A stretch of DNA of 64,000 nt. It comes from Chiloscyllium plagiosum. Its lineage: Eukaryota. Shown in pieces: positions 1-12,649 of the stretch (positions within the stretch are counted from its first letter, which is position 1; every line of letters starts with the position of its first letter). The stretch is from positions 7,735,936 through 7,799,935 of the forward strand of contig NC_057749.1 in the NCBI RefSeq assembly GCF_004010195.1, given 5' to 3'. Made by a program: the position numbers and the translations under genes. The notes beneath the pieces are model-generated. The model saw nothing but the letters and a program-made list of their open reading frames with translations. It was not told the DNA's origin and did not search any database.

Positions 1-1519
1 CTGTCTCACTGTATGTGCAGTCTAGATTAGTCATGGGAGATGTAGGGTTACAGGGATATGGTGGGTCTGGGTGCAATGCTCTTCAGGGGGTCTGTGGGAA
101 TTCATTAGGCTGAATGACCTGCTTTCACACTCTAGGGAGTCTGTTGGCAAGCAAGTACACAATGCCACCAGTGCCTGAGAAACAGCTGAGGTTGAGGACC
201 TAGGCTTTGGGCAGGCACGGTCATTCAGAAACAAAAACAAATTGGCATTATCTAATCGACACAGAAGAGAGATTTGAATTAGCCAGCTCCTTAGTGAACA
301 GGATTAAAATGATCACCTTAAGATGGTGCAGAAGAGCAGAATTAGGCTATTCTGCCCATCAAGTCTATCTGTCATTTGCTCATTGCTGTTATGTTTCTCA
401 ACTCCAGTCTCCTGCCTCTATCACTTAACCTTTGATCCTGTTACTAATCAAGAACCTATCTCTGTCTTAAACACACTAATTGACTTGGCCTCCACATCCT
501 CTGCAGCAATGAGTTCCACAGATTCACCACCCTCTGGTCGAAGGATTGCCTTCTCATCTCAGTTCACCCCCTCACTCTGCTGCTGTGCCGGGTCCCAATC
601 TCTCCTACTAGTGGAACCATCTCTTCCATGCCCAATGTATCCAAGCCTCTCAGTATTCTGTTAGAAATCCCCCCACATCCTTCTAAATTCCATCGAGTAT
701 AGACCCAGAGTCTTCAATTGCTCCCCATCTAACAAGCCCTTCATCCCTAGGGCCATTCTTGTGGACATTTTGACTCATTAAAAAGAAAACAGGGTTGTAG
801 AAATTATAAGAAAATACCATTGAAGCACATTGCACACATCAGATCAATTCCTGGAGAAAGAGAGAAAGGGTCGAGAGAAATCGTAACAGAATGAATAAAT
901 GTGACTGATATATTCTGTGGACAGAAAAATAAAACATAATGACTTTTTTATCTTCTGAAAAAAATTCTATTCCATGCAATCAGGTGCAAACACAGCCTGT
1001 TATCTGAAATCACAGATGAGTGCTGTATACTGTAGCCAGTGCCTGTGCAAATGGCATGTTAAAAGGCTTGTGTCTTTGATAGGTTTGGTTATAAGCAGAG
1101 AAAATTAACACCCTAATAGACCTCTGGACGTTTTTAACATCAGCTGCTACTTTAAAAAACACTCTAAAGATTAATTATCGCTATTTGCTTTTCGAATGTT
1201 GCCCATGGATTACATTCAATTACACTAAAGCAGCACACAGAGTGAGTGATTGTTCACTGTAGCAGAGAATCTGCCTGTCCACTTGCATGTTTGCAACCAC
1301 CATAAATGGGGTGCAAGTGACTAAGTGCAGCAAGGTGTCTGCAAACCTGAATAAGATCTCATTACATAGAACTGACAGGACAGAATTAGGCCATTCAGCC
1401 CAACCAGTTTGTGCTGGTCAGTGTGCTCTATTCAAAGCCTATTCTGCTTCACAGTGTCTTCGTGAAATGTGTGGACTGGCAGCTGATTGATTTTTTTTTT
1501 CACCCTGCCTAACTGCCTC

Positions 1520-1798
1520 GGGTGGCATAGTGGTTAGCACTGCTGCTTCACAGCCCTAAAGACTAGAGTTCAATTCCAGCCTTGGGTGATTGTATGTGTG
1601 GAGATTGCATGTTCTCCCAGTGTCTGTGTGGGTTTCCTCCCAAAGATGTGCAGGTTAGGTGGATTGGCCAAGCTAAATTGCCCACAGTGTTCAGGCTAAC
1701 CATGGGAAATGTGGGATGAAAATTGGTGGGATGATCTTGGGAGGGTCTGCGTGGACTTGAGGGGCTGAATGGTCTGCTTCCACACTGCAAGGATTCTA
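1520..1798 (+). mobile_element. HE1-type tRNA-derived SINE
   Basis: tggttagcactgctgc..cacagc head with B-box-like gttcaattcc, gatgtgcaggttagg core and LINE-like tail. Confidence 0.8.
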
Positions 1799-2031
1799 GT
1801 CCTCCTTTACACAAAAGATCTCCAAATAATAGTTCAAAATCGTCGAGTGGATGTGTTTCCCATACTTACTTATATGGTGACTAAATCTTAATAATCTTTT
1901 CAAAGAAAATGAAAACTAGGCTGTCAATTCTCCAGAAGCCCATTTTCTCTGTCCCATCAGATCAGAGCCTCTCTCGCCCTTAATCCTATGTGACTTCTGT
2001 ACTCTCAAAGAGATAATCTGCACTAATTCAT

Positions 2032-2246
2032 GGAAGAGAAAGTGACGACTGCAGATGCTGGAGTTCAGAGTCAAGAGTGTGGTGCTGGAAAAACACAGCA
2101 GGTCAGGCAGCATCTGAGGAGCAGGACAATCAATGTTTCAGGCATAAGCCTCATTCCTGATGAAGAACGAATGCCCAAAACATTGATTCTCCTGCTCCTT
2201 AGATGCTGCCTGACCTGCTGTGCTTTTCCAGCACCACACTCTCGAC
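2032..2246. mobile_element. Fold-back Penelope-derived element with hammerhead remnant
   Basis: Long inverted arms; flanking duplication tctgcactaat(t/c)catg at 2017-2032 and 2247-2262. Confidence 0.75.
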
Positions 2247-2450
2247 TCTGCACTAATCCATGACCATGATGTGTTTGTTAATTGATATTGTCATTCACAG
2301 CTGTCAGGATGAGCTCACCATTGAACATTTTCTCTTCTTGTAAATATGAGGTTCTGCCTCTTGAGCGGTTGCATGGTCTGCTGGGAAAAGATGGGGCCTG
2401 AAGTGAATGGTTCCATCTACCATAAATGGGAGGGCAGGATTGCTAAACAA

Positions 2451-2815
2451 TGAACAAAGAACAAAGAAAATTACAGCACAGGAACAGGCCCTTCAGCCAG
2501 TCCAGATCCTCTATCTAAACCTGTCACCTCTGCTCCCTGCCCATTCATGTATCTGTCTAGATACATCTTAAATTATGCTACACTGGCAATGCGTTTCAGG
2601 CACCCACCACCCTCTGCGTAAAGACCTTTCCACGCATATCTCCCTTAAATTTCCCCCTCTCACCTTGAACTTGTGACCCCTAGTAATTGAGTCCCCCACT
2701 CTGGGAAAAAAAGCTTGCTATCCACACTGTCTTTAACCTTGAACTTGTGACCCCCTAGTAATTGAGTCCCCCACTCTGGGAAAAGAGCTTGCTATCCACA
2801 CTGTCTTTACCTCTC
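2451..2815 (-). mobile_element. CR1-type LINE 3' fragment with ~74-bp internal tandem duplication
   Basis: (gaacaaa)n tail; 2662-2735 repeated at 2737-2809. Confidence 0.75.
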
Positions 2816-3039
2816 AACCAGCTAGTCTCCCCCTGTCCTTCATATGGTTTAACTCAATCTAATGTTGGTCCCTCACCTCTTATTGTTCTCTTTATGTTTT
2901 TTATCAAATTGGCTAGAGGGGGAAAAAAGACATCAGTGTGATTGCATTGCTTGGTATAATCTACAGACCACTGACTAATGGGAAGAATGTGGAGGACCAA
3001 ATTTGTACAGAAATTATAGAGAGATGAAACCATTATGGG

Positions 3040-3555
3040 TGTGAAGGTATTGGAGAGAGTGAAGAAACTACTTACAAGAATGATCCTAGGGTTGAGAAAG
3101 TTCAAAGAATAGACTGAAAGAGGTTCGGACTGTCCTCCTTGGAGAGAAGTCTGACAAGACATATAATACAGGTTTTCAAAACCATGAGCAGGCTGGATAG
3201 AATAGACAAGGAGAAACTGCTTATGCTTGTAAAAGGACTGAGAGGAATGTGACGGGAATAGATTTGAAGTGGTTTACCGAAGAAGCAAAGGTGACATGAG
3301 GGAAACAAAAACTTTTTCACTCGGCAAGTAATTAGGGTATGAAATGCGTAGCCTGGAAGTTTGGTGGAGGATGGTTCAGTTGGGATATTCAAGGGATCAT
3401 TGGACAATTATTTGGATAAAATAAATGCACAAGGATACATGGAGAACAGCAGGAGACTGGCGCTGAGTAATGATGTTCATTTGAAATACCAGTACAGACA
3501 CAATGGACTGAATGGCCTCCTTCTGCATTGTAAGACCTCTGTGACCTTGTGAGTC
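3040..3555 (+). mobile_element. CR1-type LINE 3' fragment
   Basis: Decayed ORF2 C-terminus and ggactgaatggcctcct tail. Confidence 0.7.
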
Positions 3556-5285
3556 ATTATAGAGCAGCTTTAATGTGGGACTTTAATTACACAAATATAA
3601 ACTGGGACAGTGATAACGTAAAGGGGAAGAGAAAGCCAGTGATCCTAGATTGCAGTCAGGAAAATTATCTACAACATTGTATGTAAGTCCAGTAGGAAGG
3701 GATGAAGCAGACCCACTGGACCCAAAGCGTTAACTCTACTTTCTCTCTCCATTGATGCTACCAGACCTGCTAAGGTTCGCCAGCAACTTCCATTTTGGTT
3801 TCAGACCCTCAACATCCATAATTCTTGTTTGTTACAATGTTAGGCCTGATTCTTGGCATTGAGGGAGGTCAAGTAGTGTCGAGTGTCAATGGAAACATTT
3901 AGGACACAGTGATCGTTGTATCATAAGGTTTAGGATGATAACAGAAAAGGATGATGGGCCAAGGTAAAGGTAGAAATATTTAACTGGGGGAGCTGACTAC
4001 AATGGGGCAAGAACAGACTTGGCTGGACAAACTGAAATAAAAGATTTATAGGATATGTTGTAGCTTAACAAAGGGCAATCTTCAAAAAAATAATTGTTTT
4101 GGGCACAACTGAGGTGTCTGGGCTAGGAGCAGGTAGGTAGTTTAGTCTGGGATTATGGTCAGCATTGTCCAGTTGGACTGAAGGCTGTTTCCCTGCAGTA
4201 TGACTCTATGTTCCCTAAAACAGCAAATTTAATTGAGGCATTTGATGAGGTATTGGATATTCTTTGAATAGAAATATTATGCATGGCTCCATGGAACAGG
4301 CGGTGAAATGGCACTAAGGTCATAATGCTCATTTGAAGACCCAGTGAAGAGATGCTGGGCTGAATGGCTTCCTCCCGGGCTGGAGCACTCTGATCCTCAC
4401 TGTTCTTTCTTGTAACATAAACATCATCTGGCACTTATTGTCCATTCTCTTCTACCTTTCTATGGAGGGTCTTGCTCCACTGTCTCAGAGGGCAGTTACA
4501 AGTCAAATACGTTGTATTGGAGTGGCATTGTGTAGAGACCAGACTGGGTAAACGGGGCAGATTTCCCCTTCTGAATGATATTCGGGAATCAGCTAGATTC
4601 TAAATAAATATCTGATAATATTTTAATGAACTTAGCATATTATCCTTGATTTGTTAGTGAGCTGCTTTTAAATTCCCACAAGCTGCTGTGCTGGGATTCA
4701 AATCCATATCTCCAAAGAATTAGTCCAGGCCTATGGATTGGGCACTATTGATTTGTGACATAACCACCATGTTTTCATGGACTTTAGATCCCAATGAAGT
4801 CATTAGAGATTGACCGGATTTCTGTTGACAAAGTATTGCCATTACTGCCATTAAGTCTATGAACTTTCTTGGTTTGCTTTTAAACTTGTTCTATTTATCA
4901 TATGATTATTTCTATTTCTGTTCAGCAAGCTGCCTTCAACAATCAATCATCTATCTGATTCTTCACATTTCAAGCAAGGCTGATCTCCCTGCAGCACCCA
5001 ACTCATACAGGGTGCTGTCAATTTTATTCCTTCTTCTTTGACTCTATGTGACTGTTTGCAGGCTACATCAATCCCAGCCTCTTTTCCTTTCCCTACTCTG
5101 GCTTTTTCCCAGTGGATCTGCCCTACGGATGTGCTAGGCTACATGTGAGAGGTAATGCACATTGTCTCAGATCTCAGCACTGAAATCATTAATCTTGGAC
5201 GAAATAAGAAGCTTTGCTCATCGGCTCTGCTTCTGCAACCCTAGCAAGCACAGAGTAAGCCTTTGTACCAGAAGGCCATGTTTTA

Positions 5286-5478
5286 TTAAGGAGGCTCTGA
5301 TAATGATCTGCTATTGATGAGTTCCCTGTGCACATTGTCTTGATGTGTCTCCCTGTCTTGCTCTGTGTCTGCAGAATTCTGCAGAGCTGCTTGGCACAAC
5401 ATGTGGTCTAACAATTTGGATACATTCTGACTTGAGAGATTGGACCTTGTCCAAACATTTGGATTATACAAATCTGAA
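5286..5478 (-). CDS. Candidate terminal coding exon (SDLYNPNVWTRS...RSLSEPP*)
   Basis: Acceptor tgtgtgttttgctccgcag; phase 2 matches the 9493 donor; open to TAA, which overlaps the AATAAA polyA signal. Confidence 0.55.
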
Positions 5479-6080
5479 CTGCGGAGCAAAACACACACTG
5501 AGAAAGCAGAGCTGCATTTTGAGCCAAACTATTTTTAATCATTCACTCCTCTCAGAATTGCATGTATTGCAATGTCTTATGTTTATGTTGATGGATATTT
5601 GAGGTTGTTCTCCAAGCTTTGATACATAATGTTGTAACTTTAGTCTTATAAAGGCTGCATGATTAATCCACCAAGCTTCCTTCAAAATTCACATGTAAGT
5701 AACTCTTTGACATTGTGGGGTAGGAGGCCTTCCATGACCCTTGAATTGCCAAATCCACACAGGACCTGTTACTATCTTTCTGTCCTTCAACTCACATCAT
5801 TAAACAAAAAGGCTTTAATTCATTAAGAAGCAACCATCTTGTCAACATTCTGTGAGTTGTCATATTGATGCTAGTCAAGATCAGAGTGGTGCTGGAAAAG
5901 CACAGCAGGTCAGGCAGCATCCTGTGTATGAGTAGGTGGGGAGCAGCGGGATACAGATGCTTAGGAATTGGACGACAGGTTTAGAAAGTAGATTTGGATC
6001 TGCTCAGGCTTGGAGGACTGAAGGGCCTGTTCCTAGACTGTAAATTTTCTTTGTTCTTTGTATCTGAGGAGCAGGAAAAT

Positions 6081-6109
6081 CGACATTTCGAGCAAAAGCT
6101 CTTCATCAG
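6081..6109 (-). ncRNA. Minimal hammerhead ribozyme-like motif (mirror copy)
   Basis: CUGAUGA-A-GAGC-UUUU-GCUC-GAAA-U-GUC; compensatory stem II change relative to the plus copy. Confidence 0.6.
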
Positions 6110-6117
6110 GAATCTTC

Positions 6118-6145
6118 CTGATGAAGGGCTTTTGCCCGAAACATC
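6118..6145 (+). ncRNA. Minimal hammerhead ribozyme-like motif
   Basis: CUGAUGA-A-GGGC-UUUU-GCCC-GAAA-C-AUC. Confidence 0.6.
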
Positions 6146-7454
6146 AATTTTCCTGCTCCTCGGATGCTGCCTGACTTGCTGTGCTTTTCCAGCACCACGC
6201 TGATTTTGACTCTAATCTCCAGCATCTGCAGTACCCACTTCCGACATACAGATGCTAGTGCAGAGTGAATTCAGAAAATTTATGAGGAGATACAATGAAC
6301 AGTCTGGAGTTAGCTCTGCAGGTACAACTGCAACAGCTTAGAAGTTTTGTTCCCTCAATTATATTAGGTTGTGAGTGTTAGGTCCAATTGCAGTCAGTGA
6401 TATTGCCATGTGTCCATACATATTATGTGTAATGCCAGGTTGAGGAGTCTGCTTGACTATTCAATATGCTTGGCCATTCGGTGGAACCATGGCTGACCTG
6501 CTTATGACCTTAACGTCATTTTCCTGTCTACCCTTCCTCACACCCTACCCATAACCTTTAGAATCATAGTGCAAAAATGTGGAAGTTAGGTGCATTGACC
6601 ATGGTAATTGCCCCATAGTGTCTAGTGATGTACCGGCTAGGTGGGTTAGCCATGGGAAATGCAGAATTAAAGTGATGGGGGTGAGGGGAGTTTGGGTAGA
6701 ATGTTCTTCAGAGGATCGGTATGGACTCAATACACCAATTAGCCTACTTTCACACTGTAGTGATTCTATGATTTTGTGATAATCCTTGATTTCCCCCTTG
6801 ATTAAAAGTCTTGCCTATCTCTATCATAATTGACCCAGCCTCCGTTGCTCACTGGGCAAGGGACCAGAGGTGGCCACAAGCAAAGCATGAGATGAGCTTC
6901 AAAAGTGCAGAAAGTACTTGGGAATAATTCACTGCCTGAGTTGGCGATGGAGGCAGAGACGATACATTCTTTTAACCAGTACCTGAATCTGTACCTTTGG
7001 TGCTGTTCACTGCAAGGCAATGGACCGTCTGCAGGAAGATGGTATTGGAAAAGTCAGCTGGGTATCTTTGTACAAGATAGACCCTTTCTGTGCTGTATTG
7101 CTTCTATGTTTCTACGGTTTGTCAGCTTTTCTCCTGCGATGCCATCTGTGAGTATTTCTAGCATCTTACTGATCTTGTTTCACATTTCAAGCATCCATTG
7201 TTTCTGTTTTCATCAAAAGAAAGATAAGAATTTTTTCAAATGAATATACTCCCCAGAATGTCTATCCAATCCCAGTGAACCAAATGAACAGGGTTGATGT
7301 ACAGAAATGATATATGTGTCTGACTTCAGATGTACCAATTTACTGACAATGAAGCACTTTTGATGCGTAGCCACCGTGCTGTAATATAGGAAAGGAGAAG
7401 GTGGAGGGTGTGTGCAGACAAGTTATGCACAGCAAGATCCCATCAACAGCCACC

Positions 7455-7710
7455 TTGGCCAACTGTCTGTGTGGGTTTGCACATTCTCCCTGTGGCTGCG
7501 TGGGTTTCCTCTGGGTGCTCCAGTTTCCTGCCACAGTCCAAAGATGTGCAGGTTAGGTGGATTAGCCAGGTTAAATTGCCCATAGTGTGCGGGGATGTGC
7601 AGGTTGGGTGACATAGCCATGGGAAATGTCAGGATGCTGCTCAAAGGGTTGGTGTGGACTCAATGGGCTGAATAGCCTGCTTCCACGCTATAGAGTTTCT
7701 ATGATTCTAA
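7455..7710 (+). mobile_element. HE1-type SINE, 5' truncated
   Basis: Same core as 1520-1798. Confidence 0.75.
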
Positions 7711-8406
7711 CAGCAGTGTGCTATTGACCGTGTTGGTCTGTTTTTCGCTTTTGTGATATTGGTTGAGGGATAAATATTGGCGATAACATCAGGGAAAGTT
7801 CCATTGCTTTTTGTCAAAAATTGTTGCCTGAATACTTTTACAACTGTCCAAGTGAGGGGTCAAGACCGTGGTTTAGAGTTCCCTCCAAAAGGGAATGTCT
7901 CTGAGATTCCCAACAATGTTAAATCTGGATTGTCAAAGACTTTGCATAAAACATTTTAGTTTTTATCAGTCTCCTCACAGTTGACATTATTTTGGGTTGC
8001 ACCAACTATGCTCTCCTTGACCCAATCTTCAACAAAAGTTATCCTGTTAATACTCAGCCTCTTAACTGTGCCTGCCTGGAGCAATTGAAGTGCTAATTTC
8101 AAGGCATATCAGTGACCAGATAGTCAAAAAAAACAGGCAACAAAAAATGAAAATATTGTTGTTGGACTATGGGCACCATTAAAATTCAATTTTGAATGTA
8201 TCTCGTACTAATCTCACGATCACAGGGACAGATATGAAATAATGGTGTCAGCATTTATTTTACCCAGATGATTTCTGTGTATAAATGAGCAGTTGAATAC
8301 AATCATCGTATCTTGGGGTGAATGAATCTGAAATTATATTTGTTTGGTACCAGCAGAAGTGTGAAATATATCAGCAATTTATTAGGAGAATGACAATAAT
8401 TGCCTT

Positions 8407-8745
8407 CATAGAATCCCTGCAGTGTGGAAACAGGCTATTTGGCCTATATTGACTGTCTGAAGTCTATCCCACCCAGATTCATCCCCCTGCCCCATTGTAA
8501 CACTGAATTTCCCATGGCTAATCCACTTAGCCTACAAATCCCTCAACACCATGGCCAATTTATCACAGCTAATTTACTTAACCTGCACATCTTCACTCTG
8601 TGGGAAGAAACCAGAGCACTCGGAGGAAACCCACACAGACACGGGGAGAATGTGCAAACTCCACACACAAACAGTCACTCAGAGGCAGGAATCAAACCTG
8701 GATCCCTGGCGCTGTGAGGGAGTAGTGCTAACTATTGAGCCACCC
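8407..8745 (-). mobile_element. HE1-type SINE
   Basis: Reverse complement of head, core and tail. Confidence 0.8.
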
Positions 8746-9492
8746 CACACCATTTACCATTCTACAGTGCAGCCAATCTTGAATCCAATCTACTTTGTTG
8801 GTTGACAGCAAGTTTTCATTCTGATTTCTCTATTCAAGAGCTTCTCTTTGTTTCAGAATCACTAAGGGAGGTGCAATTTTAAAAAAATTTCTTTCACAGG
8901 GTGTGGGTGTCACTGCCTGGCCCAGCATTTATTACATATCCCAAATTGTCCAGTGAGTCAACCAATTTACTGTGGGTCACATGTTGGCCAGACCAAGTAA
9001 GATTTCCTTTCCCAAAGGATGCTGGGGAAAGGACAATTGGCAACGGTCTCATTGGTTATTATTAGAACTGTTTATTCCAGACTTTTATTGGACTCAATTT
9101 TGATGGTGAGATTTGAACCAGGGTCCCCAGAATATTACCTGGCTCTCTGGGCTAATAGTCTCATGATGATGCCACTAGGTTATCACTTCCCTTAATGGTC
9201 AACAGCCAGATACTTGTCCAGCAGGAGGTCACTGAGAGGTGGGCTTGCTTACTCTAATTAACTGTTCATGGAGGCTGCACCACATGACTTGACACCACAT
9301 TCCAAGCATTATTCAGCCAATACGCAATACTTACGATGCACTGCCTTCCTACACAAATCGGGAAGCAGAAAGACTCATTGTCCATTGGATTTTCCAGCAG
9401 TATCAAGGGCGTTGGTCTTCAATTCCTGGGAATAGCAAGTCAATGCTTGAGCACTGCCAAACCCTCCTGGGAGGATTGTCATACTAGCTGAC

Positions 9493-9591
9493 CTGAGGGG
9501 AGAGGAAGCAGGGGGTTGAGCACTGAGTTTGGCTGGAGGCTGTTGGCTTGTCTGAGTTCGGGCTATTTCAAGCAGCGGAGCCAACCATAGC
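9493..9591 (-). CDS. Candidate exon, 99 nt, phase 2-2, open (LWLAPLLEIARTQTSQQPPAKLSAQPPASSPL)
   Basis: cag acceptor (weak pyrimidine tract), AG|gtcagc donor; in frame with both neighbours. Confidence 0.45.
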
Positions 9592-9774
9592 CTGCTGGAC
9601 CCTTTTCATGTAACTTTACATTTTCTGTGGTGTCATAGATTTAAAGAGACGGGTCTCTGGCATGAAAGCAACACAACTCATTTTGAATTGGCCAGGCAAA
9701 GAGTAGGCAAACTCCCTTCTGTGCTGTTAATGTTGATGGTTCAAATAATATGGATGGCTTTGGCAGATTCTCAC

Positions 9775-9899
9775 CTGGAATGAACACTGGAGGACAAGGC
9801 AGCAATAGAGTGGAATGAAGACTGGGTTGTGTGGCCTCTGAACGCATATTCCCAACTAGGAGCATCCATTCACTGAAGAGCATACTCCTATACTAAAGT
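9775..9899 (-). pseudogene. Candidate exon, phase 0-2 (TLV*EYALQ*MDAPSWEYAFRG...SVHSR)
   Basis: Acceptor ttttttctctattgtag; donor CCAG|gtgaga; TAG and TGA in the chain frame. Confidence 0.45.
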
Positions 9900-10227
9900 C
9901 TACAATAGAGAAAAAATGCATATACGCCAAAGTGCTTTTCAGAATCTGGAAAAGCACATAGATCTAACACATTTCCTTTGTTAAGTCAGTGAAAAAAAAC
10001 CATGCTTTTTTAACAACTGTTTGATCTAACCATTGATCTCAAGTAAATTTCTCTTAGTTCTATCTCTCATTCTTCAGCAGAGTGTCATCATACATTTTGC
10101 ACATGACTTTATGTATGTATGTACATGTATGTATGTATATGTATGTGTGTGCTTGTCCATAAATAGACATAAAATTGCATATTTATCTAAATCTTCTAAG
10201 GTTTCTTCTGTCGAGTGACTCTTTCAC

Positions 10228-10332
10228 TTGAGCAAACTGATTTTCAAATAAATCGAATGTCTGCGATGCAGATGAAAGCGTTTTGAAGAGATTCAAAGCA
10301 GATACAGAGTTTCTGAATATTGCCTGGAAGTT
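10228..10332 (-). CDS. Candidate exon, phase 0-0, open (NFQAIFRNSVSALNLFKTLSSASQTFDLFENQFAQ); if unspliced it reads on to TAA at 10183
   Basis: Acceptor tcatttctcttttag; donor CAA|gtgaaa (moderate). Confidence 0.45.
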
Positions 10333-10469
10333 CTAAAAGAGAAATGACCACTCATCCTTGTGATGGAGAATGGGTTAAAAAAAATCCAACCAGTTTAACT
10401 TGAAAATACTTTGGATCAAAGGATTTTGGTGCCTGGAATATAAGGTACTGTATATTTTATAATGGACAC

Positions 10470-10576
10470 CTTAGAGTGCGCAGAGAACTGAGAATTTTCC
10501 CAAGCCTTCATCCGCTAGGGATTCCTTGGGGAATGAAGGAAAATACTTTGATTCCTCCTTCTTCCCTTGAGGAGGC
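10470..10576 (-). pseudogene. Candidate exon, 107 nt, phase 1-0, one TAG (LLKGRRRNQSIFLHSPRNP*RMKAWENSQFSAHSK)
   Basis: Acceptor cctctgccttttag; donor AAG|gtgtcc. Confidence 0.4.
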
Positions 10577-10737
10577 CTAAAAGGCAGAGGCTTTGGAAAT
10601 GCTTTATGGTATTTCATTATAAATATATGATTTATTTATGAATATTACAAGGACTGTGATGAAAAGTTTCGCTGGCATGACACAGACAAAGGATAGAGGA
10701 GAAAAGCAGAAAGAGTAAGGAGAGATGAAAGGCCAAC

Positions 10738-10814
10738 CTCTTGTCAGAAACGTAATGCGTTCTTCAAGAGGCCGTCTAACTGTTCCTGTAAGTCTTCTCA
10801 AATGTATTACAATC
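10738..10814 (-). CDS. Candidate exon, open (IVIHLRRLTGTVRRPLEERITFLTR); alternative acceptor at 10785
   Basis: Acceptors ctcaaactttag or ttacag; donor GAG|gttggc. Confidence 0.4.
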
Positions 10815-10921
10815 CTAAAGTTTGAGATTGGGAGTTTTCAAGCGAATCAAGTTTTATTTGTGATAGATTGTGTCCTTGCTAGCCCTCTCAGCTGCACAGA
10901 AAAGACCCTCTTGCAACTGAG

Positions 10922-11190
10922 TAGCATGGTGGCTTGGTGGTTAGCACTGCTGCCTCAAGACACCAGGGACCCAGGTTTGATTCTGGACTTGGGCAACTGT
11001 CTGTGTGGAGTTTGCATGTTGTCCGTGTGGGTTCCCTCCCACATTCCCAAGATGTGCAGGTCAGGTGAGTTGGCCATTCTAAATTGTCCATAGTGTTAGC
11101 TTCATTAGTCAAAGGGGTGGGTTACTCTTTTGAGGGTTGGTGTGGACTTGTTGGGCCAAAGGGCCTGTTCCCACACTGTAGAGAATCTAA
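10922..11190 (+). mobile_element. HE1-type SINE
   Basis: tRNA-like head and core. Confidence 0.8.
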
Positions 11191-11499
11191 TCTTTTTTGA
11201 AGAATCATAGAATCTCTACAGTGTTAGATAGAGGCCATTCGGCCCATCGAGTCTGCACCGATTCTCCGAAGAGATCCCATGCAGACCACCCCTTCACTCC
11301 TATGCTTTATCTAATATCTTCTATCAGTCATCACAATCATTTAAAAATAATTTGATTTGATCATTAACATATTGCTGGATATTGGATCCAGCTGTCTGCA
11401 GATTGGTTCCCTCTATTACAAAACTGGCTACTCCTCAAAAGGTAATCAGCTAGCCACTTTGGTGTATTCTTAGGCTGTAAAAGCACGATACAAATAAAA

Positions 11500-11800
11500 G
11501 TTTCTCTCTTTCCGATTCCCTCTCCATTTTATTTTCTTTTAATCTTCCTCTAGTTTTCTTCTCCACCTTCCCTCTACCTCCATCCTTTCTCCCTCTCTCA
11601 CATTCTCCTTTCTCTTCTCTCTTTTCTCTTTCACTCTTTTCTCTTACTCGGTCTCTCATTTCTTTTCTCTCTTTTTTTTCTTTCTTTTGTTCTCTCTCCC
11701 AGTCTTTGTATTTTTCTCTTTTTCTGTCTTGCTTTATTTCTTTCTCTACCTCTCTCTCTCTTTCCCTTTCACCCCCTTCCCTTCGTCTCTCTTTCTTTTG
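11500..11800. repeat. Low-complexity CT-rich polypyrimidine tract
   Basis: About 300 bp almost entirely C/T on the plus strand. Confidence 0.9.
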
Positions 11801-12395
11801 ACAATTCCATTGACAGGGTACATTTGAAGGCCAAGTCATTCATTTGTAATGGTATTTTCTGAAGGTGTACAGAGCTAGTTATTACAAACATGTATGTTTT
11901 GGCACATGTTAAAGGACCCTGGTGGTGTCAATGGTGCGCAACAAAGGGACGATTCAGAAGAGTTGGAGAGGTGATGTAAATCAACTAAGCAACACTAAAT
12001 TTGAGTGCTTTTTTAGGTGAGAGGAAAGTAGATTTGAGTTTGCTCCAAAAGGTTTACTAGTGACATGATCTTCATGTTGGTTTGGTGAATAAACAGGGTT
12101 TTGGGGTAATTCCTTCAGAGGATTGACCACAGGTTAAATCAATGCCACAGGAGAAATGAGTGGAGGTTGTAATCGAGAGAGAGGCTTTAGGCTAGCAGCA
12201 AGTCTCATTACTTCTCGCACTGGAATATAGAGTTTGCAAAATGAAGATTCTTTTAAAAATACAAGACCTTTCTAGACTATCTTCTATAATCAAGGACACA
12301 TGGAGTTACAACAGTCGATCTGTATAAAATAAAAAAGTATTTTGTATACAATTCAAAACATAACATGCTATAAGATGCAAGAGAGTCAATAGTAC

Positions 12396-12576
12396 TCCAA
12401 TGTGATGAAATGGTTTTTGTTGAATCGGATCCTCTAAAGAGATCCTTCCTTTCAAGGACGTGAAACAACTGGTGATTGATCTTGTCAAATGTGACCTTCA
12501 GCAAGTGTCTTTGCCTGGACTGAGATAGATTCGATCGTCAGAAGTAACTTTCCTTCTTGAATTACCGACTGTGATG
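12396..12576 (-). pseudogene. Candidate exon, donor uncertain (12396 or 12369); stops in all frames
   Basis: Acceptor ctcttttgacaatactctttag; CpG-retaining unique sequence; partial ORF LLKVTFDKINHQLFHVLERKDLF. Confidence 0.4.
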
Positions 12577-12649
12577 CTAAAGAGTATTGTCAAAAGAGTT
12601 GACTGTCATCACTTTCTGCACAGAAGGCACTCAGGAAGATTGACACCAT

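Larger units (their letters stand above)
5876..6244. mobile_element. Fold-back Penelope-derived element, interrupted by a LINE tail (about 5923-6061)
   Basis: Inverted arms; hammerhead cores on both strands; imperfect 15-bp TSD at 5861-5875 and 6245-6259. Confidence 0.75.

Noticed and set aside
1520..1600. tRNA genes at SINE heads (also 10922, 20068 and others)
   Set aside because: A/B-box-like heads run straight into SINE core and tail; no complete cloverleaf.
1916..2263. Recurring ORFs of the MLPDLLCFSS / CCLTCCAFPAPH type (also 5994, 18988-19532, 56698-56988)
   Set aside because: Translations of the fold-back repeat arms, appearing on both strands because of the palindrome; not genes.
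11450..11839. 129-aa E/K/R-rich ORF
   Set aside because: Artefact of the purine-rich low-complexity tract.
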